64,000 nucleotides of DNA from Pseudomonas sp. (GCA_041621735.1 JBFKAF010000001.1:19074-83073); one strand, 5' to 3'. Positions 48,073 through 57,932 are shown, counted from the first letter of the stretch. Made by a program: numbers and translations. Notes: a model not told the origin generated them from the sequence alone.

Positions 48073-49417
48073 TTGCGTACTCCCTACAGTCGCTCGCAGG
48101 AGAGACTGCCGACGACGACCGCCCTATTGGCGCTGGACGGTGCAGATGCCCGCACATCGACTGACTGAATTTTGGATAACGCCCCATCAGCGGGATCAGT
48201 GCGGCACCCAGAGCGAAAGTGATAAAGCAATGTGTCAGCAATCCGGAATAGGATCCGGTAAGGCCATACAGATGGGCAAAGTACAACGGCGCCAATGTCG
48301 CGCCCATGCCGATAATGCCCATGTGCAGGCTGAATACTCGACTGTAGTCACGCATACCGAAGTAACGCGCCATAAGGAAAGCAGCTATGTCCATCTCTGC
48401 GCCAGCACCCAGCCCCACCAGCACCGATGCCATCATCAGGGTACCCATGGACGAGTCCACAGCAGAGAAGATCAGACAACCGAATGCCGGCATTAACAGC
48501 ACCACGAATGCGACGCCAGGTGCCCAGATCCGGTCCACCAGGTAGCCGACCACGACACGGCCGAAAATCAGCGAGATGCCGAAAATGCTGAAGGCCATGG
48601 CCGCGTCAGTGGCGGAAAGTCCCTTGTCACGCAGCATCGGTACCGTACTGGTAACCATGCCAACCATAGAGGTGACCGAAAACAGCAGCGCCAGATTACA
48701 CAACCAGAAGCGTGGCGCCCGCACGGTCTGCAGCAACGTCAGCCCGGCCAGTACCGGTCGCCGTCCAGCCTCTTGCGCCACCACCTCTGCAGCTGGACCA
48801 CTGGAGCGCATCCAGAAGATCGACAAGGGCAAGGTGAGCAGCAGGGGCAATGCAGCGAGCACCCAGTAACCGGCGCGCCAACCCCAGAGACCAATGGCCC
48901 AGCTGATGAGCGTCGGCAGCACCAACGCAGCCAGGCCCGTGCCGCTCAGGGTGATCGCCAATGCCAGACCACGGTTGCGGTCGAACCAGAGGTTGACTAA
49001 CTGAGTCCAGGTGACCGTGGTGGTGCCCATACCGGCGAAGGCCAGCAGCGTATATGCACTGTAGAGCTGCCAGATCGAGCCATCAATGAAGGTGATCAGC
49101 AGATAGCCCAGAGCCAGGGTAAGCAGCGAGATGATGCCGACCGGTCGCAGGCCATACCGGCGAATCAGCCAACCACTGATCTGCACCGATACGATGGCGG
49201 CAGCGAACAAGAAGGCAATGGCCGGCTGGATCTCTTCACGCGACCAGCCGAACCTTTCCTGCAGCGGCAGCACCAGCGAGCCGAACGAATACAGTGGCGC
49301 GGTACTCACCGATGTCAGGATACCGACCAGCGAGAGAACCAACACCTTCCACGCCAAGCGGAATTCCGTGAAATCGATTGCCAGTGAAGAGCGTTTTTTT
49401 TCCTGCGAGTGCGGCAT
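48062..49417 (-). CDS. MFS transporter
   Basis: About 12 hydrophobic segments; GWLIRRYG, WFDRNRGLALAI, GYLVDR, GAEMD..RYFG. Confidence 0.9.
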   Translation of the reverse strand: MPHSQEKKRSSLAIDFTEFRLAWKVLVLSLVGILTSVSTAPLYSFGSLVLPLQERFGWSREEIQPAIAFLFAAAIVSVQISGWLIRRYGLRPVGIISLLTLALGYLLITFIDGSIWQLYSAYTLLAFAGMGTTTVTWTQLVNLWFDRNRGLALAITLSGTGLAALVLPTLISWAIGLWGWRAGYWVLAALPLLLTLPLSIFWMRSSGPAAEVVAQEAGRRPVLAGLTLLQTVRAPRFWLCNLALLFSVTSMVGMVTSTVPMLRDKGLSATDAAMAFSIFGISLIFGRVVVGYLVDRIWAPGVAFVVLLMPAFGCLIFSAVDSSMGTLMMASVLVGLGAGAEMDIAAFLMARYFGMRDYSRVFSLHMGIIGMGATLAPLYFAHLYGLTGSYSGLLTHCFITFALGAALIPLMGRYPKFSQSMCGHLHRPAPIGRSSSAVSPASDCREYASDQ

Positions 49418-49463
49418 ATGCAGCTCCGAACGAGGCTTTTGTTGTTTTCAACATTCTATACAG

Positions 49464-49504
49464 CAGCAAACAATAAATAACACTTATTTATTTATTGTTT
49501 GCTG
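49464..49504. promoter_or_regulatory. Perfect 17-bp inverted repeat containing cluster-wide operator copy 8
   Basis: CAGCAAACAATAAATAA-CACTTAT-TTATTTATTGTTTGCTG; core AAATAAC-ACTTA-TTTATTT at 49475-49493. Confidence 0.7.
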
Positions 49505-49514
49505 AGTGGCCTCA

Positions 49515-49688
49515 GAGCCTGTGAAAAATCGAGCGCCGTAGCGAGAGCGTCTCCAGGTATTCGCGGCAAGGCGCGCTACGCAAAAAATGGGGGAGCTTAG
49601 TGAGCTAAATGACCCCGCTTTTTGCGTAGCGCAACGTCAGCAGCGGGCGCCAGGGGCGGTTGCAGCAGGCGAGAGTTTTCACACGTTC
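49515..49688. mobile_element. 174-bp MITE / ERIC-like intergenic element
   Basis: TIRs GAGCCTGTGAAAAATC and GAGTTTTCACACGTTC (13/16 match); TCA direct repeat on both sides; internal stem GCGCTACGCAAAAA...TTTTTGCGTAGCGC around a GGAGCTTA...TAAATGAC core. Confidence 0.75.
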
Positions 49689-51341
49689 TCAGCGCTTGTC
49701 GAACGCCACCCTGGCACTGACACGATCCCAAGTGCTCTCGGTCACGCCATCATCGCGCAGCTGGTACTTGAGAATGCGCCCCACCGGACTGCGCGGTAGT
49801 TCGCTGCGAAACTCGATGTAGCGCGGCACGGCGTAATAGGGAACCCGCTCGATGGCCCAGCGGCACAGCGCCTCCTCGCTTAACGTGCTGCCCTCGCGCA
49901 GCACCGCGGTGACCTTGACCTCATCCTCGGAGAGTTCGGAGAACACCGCATGCACCGCCACTTCCTCGATGGCCGGGTGATCGGCAAAGGTCTTCTCCAT
50001 CTCATAGCCGGAGATATTCTCGCCACCACGACGCATGTAGTCCTTCTTACGGTCGAGGAAGAAGAAGAAACCATCCTCGTCGATCTTGCCGATGTCGCCG
50101 GTGTGGAACCACATGTTGCGCATGACCTTGAGGGTATCGGCCGGTCGATTCCAATAACCCTCGAACATCACATGGGGCTTGAGCGGTCGCACGATCAGCT
50201 CGCCCGGAGTGCCGTAGGGCAGTTCTACGTCGTTGTCGTCCACCACGCGGATGTCGAAGGAATCACAGCGGCGCCCGGCGCAGTTGGGCTTGTCTGGTGC
50301 ACCGAATGGCAGCATGGTGACGATGGCACACTCGGTCAGGCCGAAGCCGGCCCCGCCCACCGTGTGGCGCACGCCAAAGCGCTCGCGCCAGTGCTGCTGC
50401 AGTTCCGGTGGGAAGGGCGCGGAATATACCTTGTTCAATTTGCCGCGGCAGCGCTGCATTGCTTCATTGTCCGCCGCACCGGCCAGCAAGGGCGCCATCG
50501 ACGCCAGTAGATTGGCCTCGTTGGCGCCGCTACGCTCGATGTCCGGCCAGAAGCCCGAGACCGAGAACCGCGGGTAGATCACCGCGCGAGCGCCGATCAT
50601 CAGGTTGCACAGCACCGTGGTGACCGTGGCATTGAGGTGGAACAAGGGCAGTGGTGTCCAGGTGATCGACTCAGGCGTGCGCCCGTGGGCTTCAATGATC
50701 TGCCGCGCCTCGTTGCAGGCGTTGTTGTGGCTGATCATGCAACCCTTGGACGGGCCGGTAGTGCCGCCGGTATAGATGAGCATGCTCAGGTCGCTGGGCA
50801 GCACCTGCACCTGAGGATCGCTGCTCTCATCGCTGCGCAGGGCTTCCAGGGACAGCAGCTGTCTGCCGCCTAGGTCGGACTTGGGCGCGGCACCTCGGCA
50901 AGCCACGTACTTGAGCTGCGGCAGTTGCTCCACCACCAGGGCAATACGCTCGGCGTATTCGGTTTCGGCGATCACCAGTTCGGCGCTGGTGTCGGCGATC
51001 TGATGGCGCAGGAACTCACCCTTGAGCGCCGTGTTGACCGGCACGCTGACGGCACCCAGCTTGTTCAGGGCAAACCACAGCAGTACGGCATCGGCACTGT
51101 TGTCGAGGATGCTCACCACGGTCTGGCCCTTGCTCACGCCCAAGGCAGCCAGGCCGTTGGCCAGGCGGCAGCTCTCGCGCTGAATATCGGCAAAGCTATA
51201 GAGGTCGCCCTGCACGTCGAGAAAGGGTTTGTCGCCGAAGTCACGGGCGGCGCGGCGCACCACTTCATTGACTGTATCCATTTGGCCCACGGACCAGCCC
51301 GACAAGGCCTTGTCGTTCAATTGATTGGCAGTAACGGTCAT
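49689..51341 (-). CDS. ATP-dependent acyl-CoA ligase (CaiC-like; paralog of 43048..44673)
   Basis: YTGGTTGPSKGCMISHN, FGLTE, WFHTGD, DRKKDYMRRGGENIS. Confidence 0.9.
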   Translation of the reverse strand: MTVTANQLNDKALSGWSVGQMDTVNEVVRRAARDFGDKPFLDVQGDLYSFADIQRESCRLANGLAALGVSKGQTVVSILDNSADAVLLWFALNKLGAVSVPVNTALKGEFLRHQIADTSAELVIAETEYAERIALVVEQLPQLKYVACRGAAPKSDLGGRQLLSLEALRSDESSDPQVQVLPSDLSMLIYTGGTTGPSKGCMISHNNACNEARQIIEAHGRTPESITWTPLPLFHLNATVTTVLCNLMIGARAVIYPRFSVSGFWPDIERSGANEANLLASMAPLLAGAADNEAMQRCRGKLNKVYSAPFPPELQQHWRERFGVRHTVGGAGFGLTECAIVTMLPFGAPDKPNCAGRRCDSFDIRVVDDNDVELPYGTPGELIVRPLKPHVMFEGYWNRPADTLKVMRNMWFHTGDIGKIDEDGFFFFLDRKKDYMRRGGENISGYEMEKTFADHPAIEEVAVHAVFSELSEDEVKVTAVLREGSTLSEEALCRWAIERVPYYAVPRYIEFRSELPRSPVGRILKYQLRDDGVTESTWDRVSARVAFDKR

Positions 51342-52183
51342 GCTGCAGGACTCCGGGAATGATTGGGATATTCGCCGACCAGGCGTTGCCAGCGCTGCTC
51401 CGCCAGCGCCAGAGAGCCTGCGTGGGTCAGCACGTAAAATCGCTGGGCGCGGATCGCCACGATCAGCTGCTCGGCCACCTCGTCGGCGCTCAACTGAGCC
51501 TTCTCCAGCGCCTGCTGGGTGGCCTGCTGGAAAGCCTGGGCGGCAGCCGAGGGCTCGGGCGCCCGCGACGCTGGATAATCGCGACCCGGCCCGGTGAGCC
51601 CGGTGCGTACCAGCCCTGGGCAGAGCACCGAGACGCCGATTGGCGCACCTTCGCTGCGCAACTCCAACGCCAGGGATTCGGACAGCGCCACCAGCGCCGA
51701 CTTAGCTGCCACATAGGGCGCGATAAAGGGGATAGCCATCAGCCCACCCATGGAAGCTGTGTTGACGATGTGGGCCGGCCGGCCCTGGCGCAGCAGGCGC
51801 GGCACAAAACTGTGCAGGCCATGGATCACGCCCATCAGGTTGACGTCCAGCACCCGCCGACAGTTGCCCAGATCCTGCTCCCAGCTGTTCCTCGGCCGGT
51901 CGCCGGTGATGCCGGCGTTATTGCAAAGAATGTCCGCCCCACCGATTGCGTCCACCTGGCGGGCCAGGGCCTCTACCGAGTCGGCATCGGAGACATCGAC
52001 GGCCATGGCCAGCACCTCGCCGCCCTGCCCCTCCAGGCTTTCCCGCGCGGCCTCCAGGGTCGGCCCCGGCAAGTCGGCCAGCACCACCCGCATGCCTTCG
52101 CGCTGGAAGGCCCGCGCCATGGCCAGGCCCAGGCCGCTGGCAGCGCCGGTGATCACCGCAGTCTTGTTCGCTAGTTCTTGCAT
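51338..52183 (-). CDS. SDR family oxidoreductase
   Basis: TGAASGLG, NNAG, NTASMGG, YVAAK. Confidence 0.9.
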   Translation of the reverse strand: MQELANKTAVITGAASGLGLAMARAFQREGMRVVLADLPGPTLEAARESLEGQGGEVLAMAVDVSDADSVEALARQVDAIGGADILCNNAGITGDRPRNSWEQDLGNCRRVLDVNLMGVIHGLHSFVPRLLRQGRPAHIVNTASMGGLMAIPFIAPYVAAKSALVALSESLALELRSEGAPIGVSVLCPGLVRTGLTGPGRDYPASRAPEPSAAAQAFQQATQQALEKAQLSADEVAEQLIVAIRAQRFYVLTHAGSLALAEQRWQRLVGEYPNHSRSPAA

Positions 52184-52195
52184 AGTCTTGATCTC

Positions 52196-52969
52196 CTAAC
52201 GCACCGGAACGGTGCCGCCGTCGACGCAGAGGGTCTGACCGGTGATAAAGCGCGAGCCCTCCCCGGCGAGGAAGACCATCACCGGCGCCAGGTCGCGCTC
52301 GGCATCACCCAGCTTGCCACCCAGAGGGATAAGGCGGCTGAGCATCTGGTCGTGGGTGGCGAGTTCCTCGCCGCTCATCTTGGCCCGGTGGGCGTCGTAC
52401 ATGGGTGTCCAGATCATCGGCGCCAGGGCGTTCACCGTAATGCCGTAGCGCGCCCATTCCTGGGCCAGGGTGCGGGTCCAGGCCAGCACCGCGCCCTTGG
52501 ACGCGGCATAGTGGGCGGCACCGGGCATGCCATCGAGACCAGCGGCGGAACCGAAGTTGATGATGCGGCCGCCCTGGTCCTTCAGATAGGGAAAGGCCGC
52601 CTGGTTGGTGTGCAGGGTGCCGCGCACGTTGACATCGAAGATCAGATCCCAGTCCGGCTGGCCAATGGTCTCGGCCGGCGCGGTACGCTCCACCGCAGCG
52701 ACGTTGGCCAGCACATCGAGCCCGCCCAACCAGGCCACCGCCTCACGAAAGGCTTCGTCCACCTGAGACTTGTCGGCGATATCGCAATGGAGGAACAGGG
52801 CATGGCCAGGGTGGCTGGCCTCCAGTTCATCAACCAAGATCCTGCCCTGCTCGTCCAGTACGTCCAGGGAAACCACCCGCGCGCCTTGCGCTACATAGGC
52901 ACGCACCACGCTGGCGCCTATGCCGCGGGCGCCGCCGGTGACGATCGCGTTCCTGCCTGCTAGCTGCAT
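52196..52969 (-). CDS. SDR family oxidoreductase
   Basis: TGGARGIG, NFGS, YAASK, FITGQTLCVDGG. Confidence 0.9.
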   Translation of the reverse strand: MQLAGRNAIVTGGARGIGASVVRAYVAQGARVVSLDVLDEQGRILVDELEASHPGHALFLHCDIADKSQVDEAFREAVAWLGGLDVLANVAAVERTAPAETIGQPDWDLIFDVNVRGTLHTNQAAFPYLKDQGGRIINFGSAAGLDGMPGAAHYAASKGAVLAWTRTLAQEWARYGITVNALAPMIWTPMYDAHRAKMSGEELATHDQMLSRLIPLGGKLGDAERDLAPVMVFLAGEGSRFITGQTLCVDGGTVPVR

Positions 52970-53037
52970 GGCATCAACCTCTTGTTCTTGTTGTATGGAG
53001 TTGAAAGTACTCGTGGGTGGGCGTCAGCCCACCTGCG

Positions 53038-53781
53038 CTATGGCAAGCCGCCATCCACCTTGATCAGCGAACCGGTGGTGTAGCTCGAACAAGGACTGGC
53101 CAGGTAGAGGGCCGTCGTGACGATCTCCTCCGGCTGACCCGGTCGACCCAGGGCGTTGGCGCAGCTCTGGCGCATGTCTTCGCTCCAGGCCTTGGCGATG
53201 TCGGTCAGGAATGGTCCGGCGGAGATGGTGTTGACGCGCACCTTGGGCCCATATTCCTGGGCCAGGCCCGCGCTCATGGCGTTCAGCGCGGCCTTGGCGC
53301 CGGCATAGGGCACTATCTGCGGCGCCGGGCGGATGCCGCCGGTACTGCTGATATTGATGATGGAACCGCCCTCGCCCGCAGCCATGCGCTGGGCCACCAG
53401 CGCGGCGAGACGGAACGGTCCCTTGAAGTTGAGGCCGAGAACCTTGTCGAACAGTTCCTCGGTCACCTCGTGGCTCGGCACTGCCGGCGACATACCGGCA
53501 TTGTTGACCAGTACATCGATGCGACCGAATTCGGCGTAGACCACCTCCACCAGGCGCTCCACCTCGGCCCACTTGCCTACGTGGCAGGCCACGGCCAGGG
53601 CCCGGCAGCCCAGTGCCCGTACCTCCTCGGCCACGGCTTCGCAGGCGTCCAGCTTGCGGCTGGCGATAACCAGGTCGGCGCCCTGCTCGGCAAAGGCCTT
53701 GACCATCTGGTAGCCCAGGCCACGGCTGCCACCAGTGACCAGGATGACCTTGCCGCTCAGGTCGAACAGGTTCCTGCTCAT
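53038..53781 (-). CDS. SDR family oxidoreductase (LvaD-like position)
   Basis: MSRNLFDLSGK, TGGSRGLG, NNAG, YAGAK; TAATG coupling to the upstream ACAD. Confidence 0.9.
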   Translation of the reverse strand: MSRNLFDLSGKVILVTGGSRGLGYQMVKAFAEQGADLVIASRKLDACEAVAEEVRALGCRALAVACHVGKWAEVERLVEVVYAEFGRIDVLVNNAGMSPAVPSHEVTEELFDKVLGLNFKGPFRLAALVAQRMAAGEGGSIINISSTGGIRPAPQIVPYAGAKAALNAMSAGLAQEYGPKVRVNTISAGPFLTDIAKAWSEDMRQSCANALGRPGQPEEIVTTALYLASPCSSYTTGSLIKVDGGLP

Positions 53782-55082
53782 TATTGCTTCCCCAGGATGT
53801 GGGCATAGCGCTCGCGGGCTGCGGCGATCTTCGGTGGCAGGTGCTCGCTGGGGAACAGACCCCCGGCAGCTTTGTAGTTGCGCAGCAGCTCGCGGGCGAC
53901 GGTGATCTGGTGCACCTCGGTCGGGCCGTCGGCCAGGCCCATGGTCGGCACGTTGTTCCACATGTAGGCCAGCGGCGTTTCGAAGGTGGCGCCGAGGGAG
54001 CCGTGCAGATGGATGGCGCGACGGACAATCTCGTAATAGATCTTCGCCATCGCCACCTTGACCATGGCGATATACGCCCGCGCCTTGCGCGGGTCGCCGT
54101 GGCTGTTATCGATGATCCAGGCAGTCTTGAGCACCAACAGACGGAACTGTTCCAGTTCGATATGGGTGTCGGCGAGCATCGCCTGCACCGTGCCTTTCTC
54201 GGCCAGCAGGGTACCCTGGGTATGCCGGCTCAGCGCGCGCTCGCACATCATGTCCAGAGCCCGCTGGCACTGGCCGACGGTGCGCATGGCGTGATGAATA
54301 CGACCACCGCCGAGGCGCGCCTGGGCCACGGCGAAGCCGCCACCGATCTCGCCAAGCATGTGGTCGAGCGGCACGCGCACATTGCTGTAGCGCAGATAGC
54401 CTTCGGTGGCCTCGTCCTGCTCCACACGCTCGCCCATGTGCGGCACGTTGCGGATGATCTCCAGGCCTGGCGTTTCCCGCGGCACGATAAACATCGACAT
54501 GCGACGCTGGATCGGCGCCTCCGGGTCAGTCACCGCCAGTACCAAGATGAACTCTGCATAACGGGCGTTGGAGGAGTACCACTTCTCGCCGTTGATTAGC
54601 CAATGCTCGCCATCGCGCACCGCGGTGGTAGTGAACACCCGCGGATCGGCGCCCCCCTGGGGCTCGGTCATGGAAAAGCAGGAAACGATATCGCCATCCA
54701 GCAACGGCCGCAGGTAGCGCGCCTTCTGCGCCTCGGTGCCGAACATGGCGAGAATCTCGGCATTGCCGGTATCCGGCGCGGCAGTACCGAACACGGTGGG
54801 AGCCCAAAGCGAGCGGCCCAGGCGCTCGTTCATCAGCGCCAGCTTGAGCTGGCCGTAGCCCTCACCGCCCAAGTGCGGTTCCAGGTGGCAGGCCCAGAGC
54901 TTCTGCTTACGCACCTTGTCCTGCAGCGGCTTCAAGATAGCGCGGGATTTCACATGACGGGTGTCGTAGACCACGCTGACCGAGGGATAGAGCACATCCA
55001 GCGGTTCCACTTCCTCACGCAAGAAGCGGTCGATCCAGTCCAGCTTGGCTTGAAATTCGGACTCGGTAGAAAAATCCCACAT
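53781..55082 (-). CDS. Acyl-CoA dehydrogenase, ACAD10/11 / LvaC-like subfamily
   Basis: APDTGNAE, FSMTEP, AQARLGGGRIHHAMR, LADGPTEVH. Confidence 0.88.
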   Translation of the reverse strand: MWDFSTESEFQAKLDWIDRFLREEVEPLDVLYPSVSVVYDTRHVKSRAILKPLQDKVRKQKLWACHLEPHLGGEGYGQLKLALMNERLGRSLWAPTVFGTAAPDTGNAEILAMFGTEAQKARYLRPLLDGDIVSCFSMTEPQGGADPRVFTTTAVRDGEHWLINGEKWYSSNARYAEFILVLAVTDPEAPIQRRMSMFIVPRETPGLEIIRNVPHMGERVEQDEATEGYLRYSNVRVPLDHMLGEIGGGFAVAQARLGGGRIHHAMRTVGQCQRALDMMCERALSRHTQGTLLAEKGTVQAMLADTHIELEQFRLLVLKTAWIIDNSHGDPRKARAYIAMVKVAMAKIYYEIVRRAIHLHGSLGATFETPLAYMWNNVPTMGLADGPTEVHQITVARELLRNYKAAGGLFPSEHLPPKIAAARERYAHILGKQ

Positions 55083-55115
55083 CTGTCGTTCTCCAGTCAG
55101 GGTCGGCGGGCCGCG

Positions 55116-56180
55116 TCAGGCGGCTGCGATGAGTTGTCGAGCCTTGGCCATCAGCCAGGTGGCGTAGTCGTGCAGGTAGGCGCCCATTTCTTTCGGGGCC
55201 TTGCCGATCAGAGAGCGCGCATAGGTGCCTTCGAGCAGGCAGGCGAGCTTGTAGCAGGCCAGCACGAAGAACCACGGCATGCTGGTCATGGAACGGCCGC
55301 TCAGCTCGCCGTAGAGGCCGATCAGCTCGGCACGGCTAATGAAGCCATCCCAAGGCTCGACCACCGGCTTGGCGCCGGCACCACCCTCGGGGTCACCCGG
55401 CTCGCGCCAGGAGGTCAGCACCCAGGCTAGGTCCAGCAACGGGTCGCCTAGGGTCGAAAGCTCCCAGTCGATCAGCCCGGAAATGCGCGGGGCCTCCAGA
55501 GAGAACATCACGTTGGGCCACTGGAAATCGCCATGGATGATGCCGATGCGGCCGTCCGTGGGAACGTTGTCGGAGAGCCAGCGCCCCACCTCATCGACAT
55601 AGGGCAAGGACGCTTCGCTGTAGCCGGGAGTGTCGCGATAACCATCCAACTGCGAACGCCAGCGCTCGACCTGACGGCCATGCCAGTTATCCGGCCTGCC
55701 AAAGTCCGCCATACCCAGCGCCTGATAGTCGAGGCGGCCCAATGCTACGGCGGCACGAACGAACTCCTCGCCCATCTGCCGACGCCAACCGGCATCGCTG
55801 GCATAACGTCCCTGAAGAGGACCGGCGGGGGAAAATCCTTCCAGCGGCTCCATCACGAAGAAATTCACGCCAATCACGTCGGTGTCGGTGCAGGCGGCCA
55901 GCAAGGCAGGATGCGGCACGTCGCTACCGGCCAATGCCTTGAGCACCCGCGCTTCGCGCAGCATGGTGGCATTGCTGTTGGTCCGAACGTGGCGCGGCGG
56001 GCGGCGCAGCACGAAGCTGGACTCACCACGCTGGATCAAGAACAGGTTGTTCTGTGAACCGCCACTGAGCTGGCGGACTTCACTGAACGAACCGCTGCCG
56101 GGCAACCCGGCCGACTCCAGCCAGGGTGCCAGCAGGCGCCAGTCCAGCAAACCGTCGAAATCGGGGAGTGGCGTAGTCAT
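55116..56180 (-). CDS. APH-family phosphotransferase (ACAD10/11 kinase domain / LvaA-like)
   Basis: GGSQN, VLRRPP, MLREARVL, IHGDFQWPNVMF, IDWELSTLGDP. Confidence 0.88.
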   Translation of the reverse strand: MTTPLPDFDGLLDWRLLAPWLESAGLPGSGSFSEVRQLSGGSQNNLFLIQRGESSFVLRRPPRHVRTNSNATMLREARVLKALAGSDVPHPALLAACTDTDVIGVNFFVMEPLEGFSPAGPLQGRYASDAGWRRQMGEEFVRAAVALGRLDYQALGMADFGRPDNWHGRQVERWRSQLDGYRDTPGYSEASLPYVDEVGRWLSDNVPTDGRIGIIHGDFQWPNVMFSLEAPRISGLIDWELSTLGDPLLDLAWVLTSWREPGDPEGGAGAKPVVEPWDGFISRAELIGLYGELSGRSMTSMPWFFVLACYKLACLLEGTYARSLIGKAPKEMGAYLHDYATWLMAKARQLIAAA

Positions 56181-56287
56181 CGGGCGTTGCTCCCGCCCGT
56201 TTGCTCCGCGCCGCCCGCCGGATGCGGTGTGGCGCGGCAACGATGCTTCTGCATATCGGCAACCATCAACTACCCCCCATCTGATTT

Positions 56288-56758
56288 TTATTCTTGTACT
56301 GCCGCCCCTCCTTCGGACACTTGCTTGTCCTGTTCGAGGTTGCGACGAATACGCCTGAGAACGCCCAATGCAAGCTCCAACTCGGCGGCTTGCAGCCCCT
56401 GGGAGATGCGCTCGGTCCACTGCGCGCTTTCCCGGTTGGCCTGCTCGTAAGCCGCGCGGCCCTTGGCGGTCGCGACCAGCAGCTTGGAAACCTTGTGGTG
56501 CGGGTTGACCGCGTAAACCACATGCCCCTCGCCTGCCAGAACATCGGCCACTCGCTGCACCGCCTGCCTGCTGTACCCCAGGCTGCGGGCAATTCGCGCG
56601 ACGGTCGGCGGCTCACTCGCGAGAACTACCGAAGCCAGCACGATGGTCTGCGCCGAACTGCCCAACGCTTCCGGTTTGCTCGCGCTCATCACTCGGCCAT
56701 GCAACCGGAGGATTTCATCGACCAACTCAGCCAGACAGGCGCCCTGCTCGCTGTGCAC
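56288..56758 (-). CDS. MarR family transcriptional regulator (start uncertain)
   Basis: VLASV...PPTVARIARSLGYSRQAVQRVADVL...NPHHKVSKLL..TAKG. Confidence 0.82.
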   Translation of the reverse strand: MHSEQGACLAELVDEILRLHGRVMSASKPEALGSSAQTIVLASVVLASEPPTVARIARSLGYSRQAVQRVADVLAGEGHVVYAVNPHHKVSKLLVATAKGRAAYEQANRESAQWTERISQGLQAAELELALGVLRRIRRNLEQDKQVSEGGAAVQE

Positions 56759-56829
56759 CGAATGATCGAAAGTCTTTGCCCTTTTGCTATCGAACGTCTC
56801 ACTCAAACTATGACACCCCCACACCACAT

Positions 56830-56845
56830 TGACAACATACTGTCA
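56830..56845. promoter_or_regulatory. TGACA-N6-TGTCA palindrome, probable MarR autoregulatory operator
   Basis: TGACA-ACATAC-TGTCA just upstream of the MarR-kinase-ACAD operon. Confidence 0.6.
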
Positions 56846-56998
56846 CTTTATTTTTTGCGGCCAATCTCTTGAGCGTGCGAAGCCACGCAGATACCGCGCT
56901 AGCAGGCTATGCCCTGTGTAAGGCTGAGTGCAACAATTGGCACCGGACCCCGGGCTGATGCACCCAGGGTGGCGATTTAGAGGCAGGAACGAGGGGTT

Positions 56999-57733
56999 TC
57001 AGATGCCGACGGCCATATAACCGCCGTCGACCGGGAGCACGATGCCGGTCACGAAAGAAGCCGCAGGCGAAACCAGAAACTGGATGCCGGCGGCAATTTC
57101 TTCCGGCTTACCCCAGCGGCCCATGGGCGAACGCGCCAGAACCCTTGCATTGCGCTCAGGGTCGGCCTGCATGGCGCGGGTCATCGGCGTATCGATCCAG
57201 CCAGGCGCCACCGCGTTGACGCGAATGCCATGCTCTGCCCAGGCCAGCGCCAGACTCTTGGTCAGTTGCACGACTCCCCCCTTGCTGGCAGCGTAGGCCG
57301 GAGCGGTCGGACTGCCAAAGAAGCTCATAACCGAGGCCAGATTGACGATGCTACCGCCTTGCCGGGCCAGGAGCTCACGGGCGGCGTAGCAGGTACGCAT
57401 GGTGCCGCCCAGGTTGATCTCCAGGGTTCGCAGAAACCCTTCTTCGCTGAATTCGCTTGAGCCACGACCGACTCCGGCGGCATTGACCAGAATATCGAGA
57501 CGTTCCAGCGCACTGAAAAAAGCTGTCACCGCCAGCGGCTCGCCCACATCCAGCAGTCCTAACTGCACGGCCTCCAACTCGGGTAACACTCGACAGGCAT
57601 CAAGCTCCGACTGCGCCACGCCCGTCGCCCAGACTCGACAACCGGCCCGCACCAGCGCCACCACAGTCGCCAGGCCTATACCACTGGTTCCACCGATGAC
57701 CACGGCGGACTTCCCCTGCAAATCAGCAGTCAT
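56999..57733 (-). CDS. SDR family oxidoreductase
   Basis: GGTSGIG, NAAG, YAASKGG, APGWIDT. Confidence 0.9.
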   Translation of the reverse strand: MTADLQGKSAVVIGGTSGIGLATVVALVRAGCRVWATGVAQSELDACRVLPELEAVQLGLLDVGEPLAVTAFFSALERLDILVNAAGVGRGSSEFSEEGFLRTLEINLGGTMRTCYAARELLARQGGSIVNLASVMSFFGSPTAPAYAASKGGVVQLTKSLALAWAEHGIRVNAVAPGWIDTPMTRAMQADPERNARVLARSPMGRWGKPEEIAAGIQFLVSPAASFVTGIVLPVDGGYMAVGI

Positions 57734-57879
57734 GCTTCCTCCACGCCCTTTTCAGGGCCTAATTCAGTTATCGGTTAATCCGCCTATCGCCGAACGCCGC
57801 GCACCGTATTTTCCATCCCTGCGGAGCAGGCCTCTGCGAAGCTGCAGCAACACTCTCTGCATGCTTGACGATTGATAAT

Positions 57880-57898
57880 AACTAACATACAGTCAGTT
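57880..57898. promoter_or_regulatory. Cluster-wide operator, copy 9
   Basis: AACTAAC-ATACA-GTCAGTT, just downstream of TTGACG (-35-like). Confidence 0.8.
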
Positions 57899-57932
57899 TC
57901 ATATCTCCACCAGACCGCGAACAGAGGTCCGC

